In this document: piece after piece, positions 57,859 through 58,985 of the stretch | Layout: every line of letters starts with the position of its first letter | Numbering within the stretch: position 1 is the stretch's first letter | Sequence record: SRR20825006_652 | Strand: one strand, 5' to 3' | Length of the DNA stretch: 58,985 nucleotides | The notes under the pieces: model-generated | Told to the model about the DNA's origin: nothing | The model's input: only the letters and a program-made list of their open reading frames with translations | The model's database searches: none | Program-made: the position numbers and the translations under genes

Positions 57859-58764
57859 TTACCACTTCGGGGCGTATTTCAAAGTACTTACTGGCTTAGA
57901 CTCAGCACGTCGGTTAGCTTCGCAACCACGGTCTGAAGTGTCGTCCATACAAGCAACTGGTGCTTTACCTAATCCACGAGACTCAATACGGTCTGCAGAA
58001 ATACCATTGCTAGTGTAGAAATCTACAACAGATTTAGCACGGCGTAAGCTTAATCGTAAGTTGTACTGATCGCCACCAACATGATCGGTGTAAGCATCAA
58101 CTCGTACTTTAAAAGCAGGAGCAGAGTTCAGTAGTTCTACGTTGTCAGCAAGAGATGCAGCTGCGTCATCACGGAGGCTAGAACGGTCAAAGTCAAAGTT
58201 GATCGTTTTAAGAGCGTCCATTTTGATGAAAACAGGATCAGAACCATTTTTTGGGTTTGAGCCCATGTCAAGTTCTTGGCCATCTGAGAAGCCATCGCCA
58301 TCAGAATCTGCATTATTAGGATCGGTACCGTGAACCATGATTTCATCATAGTCAGAAACACCATCACCATCAGCGTCGCCTTTAGCGTCGTTAGGATTAG
58401 TTTTATACTTATTTACTTCATCACCGTCACTAATACCATCGCCATCAGAGTCAGCGTTGTTAGGGTCAGTTTTGTAAGAGTTTACTTCGTCACCATCACT
58501 AAGGCCATCGCCATCAGAGTCAGCATTGTTAGGATCAGTGTTATACTTTTTAACTTCGTCACCATCACTAAGGCCGTCACCATCGGTGTCAGCTTTTGCT
58601 GGGTCAGTGTTATAGGTAGTTGTTTCTTCTGTGTCAGTTAGTCCATCGCCATCGGTGTCAACAACGGGAGGTACTGCTGGTTCGCTGGAACCGCAACCCG
58701 TTTGTATAACCACACCGCCAGTTAGGAATAGTGCAAGAACTAGGAAATGTAATTTACGTTTCAT
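57859..58764 (-). CDS. OmpA-family lipoprotein with bacterial TSP3-like Ca-binding repeats
   Basis: Lipobox QTGC; six D[TSA]DGDG.[ST]D..E repeats; OmpA_C motifs INFDFD, TDHVG...YN.RLS.RRA, NRR. Confidence 0.92.
   Translation of the reverse strand: MKRKLHFLVLALFLTGGVVIQTGCGSSEPAVPPVVDTDGDGLTDTEETTTYNTDPAKADTDGDGLSDGDEVKKYNTDPNNADSDGDGLSDGDEVNSYKTDPNNADSDGDGISDGDEVNKYKTNPNDAKGDADGDGVSDYDEIMVHGTDPNNADSDGDGFSDGQELDMGSNPKNGSDPVFIKMDALKTINFDFDRSSLRDDAAASLADNVELLNSAPAFKVRVDAYTDHVGGDQYNLRLSLRRAKSVVDFYTSNGISADRIESRGLGKAPVACMDDTSDRGCEANRRAESKPVSTLKYAPKW
58243..58659 (-). repeat. six tandem coding repeats of about 69 bp (22-25 aa)
   Basis: Recurring plus-strand catcgccatcagagtcagc / cttcgtcaccatcactaaggcc units matching the DSDGDGLSDGDEV repeats. 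Confidence 0.9.
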
Positions 58765-58892
58765 ATTAGGGAATGCTCCTGTTTAGTTAATTTGCGTTAG
58801 GATTTTATTTTAAATTCTATACAAAATAATGAACCTATCAAGTCTATCAAACAAAAAACCTAATAATACTAGGATATTTTTTATGGTAGACA

Positions 58893-58900
58893 TATATTTG
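58893..58900 (+). promoter_or_regulatory. Bacteroidota-type -7 promoter box (TATATTTG) of tRNA-Ala
   Basis: Exact TAnnTTTG match ending 10 nt before the tRNA 5' G. Confidence 0.65.
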
Positions 58901-58910
58901 CAACCCTTAT

Positions 58911-58984
58911 GGGGCTATAGCTCAGTTGGCTAGAGCGTCGCGCTGGCAGCGCGAAGGTCCAGGGTTCGAATCCCTGTAGCTCCA
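58911..58984 (+). tRNA. tRNA-Ala(GGC)
   Basis: GGGGCTA...TAGCTCC A acceptor with G3-U70; anticodon arm TCGCG CT GGC AG CGCGA; T-loop TTCGAAT. Confidence 0.97.
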
Positions 58985-58985
58985 C

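Noticed and set aside
1613..58641. The many short (60-170 aa) ORFs antisense or out of frame within the called genes
   Set aside because: Each is nested in or largely overlaps a well-supported gene and shows no motif; they are typical shadow ORFs.
58243..58659. ~69-bp periodic repeats as a possible CRISPR array
   Set aside because: The repeats are in frame, degenerate at codon third positions and encode DxDGDG motifs; there are no unique spacers and no cas genes.

Overview
A gene-dense, AT-rich chromosomal window. Protein style, Bacteroidota-type TAnnTTTG promoter boxes and mostly absent Shine-Dalgarno sites suggest an FCB-group bacterium, probably Balneolota (Balneola-like); this placement is inference. 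Content is mostly housekeeping and envelope genes. Metabolism: sucB, sucC, panC-panD, pyrR-pyrB, bshA, a Cys/Met PLP enzyme, M20 and M48 peptidases, and a truncated PLP alpha-oxoamine synthase. Transport and envelope: a TIGR03546/TIGR03545 pair, a batC/D/E-like cluster, an ATPase-less MacB-type tripartite module, a TetR-TolC-MFP-RND efflux operon, and a mixed-orientation surface-polysaccharide cluster with an HTTM-like membrane protein. The right end carries mltF, an RsbV/W/U-like partner-switching triad, SPOR and OmpA-TSP3 lipoproteins, tRNA-Arg(CCT) and tRNA-Ala(GGC). I saw no CRISPR array, transposase, integrase, prophage or recognisable defence system. The best signals read directly from the DNA are a TGACT-N3-AGTCA palindrome on both sides of tetR, a perfect 11-bp inverted repeat upstream of the mhq-like operon, and a candidate ~90-nt sRNA upstream of the rsb-like triad. 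The best candidates for a poorly described system are the TIGR03545/03546 pair and the HTTM-like protein in the glycan locus. Family assignments come from motif recognition, not database searches.
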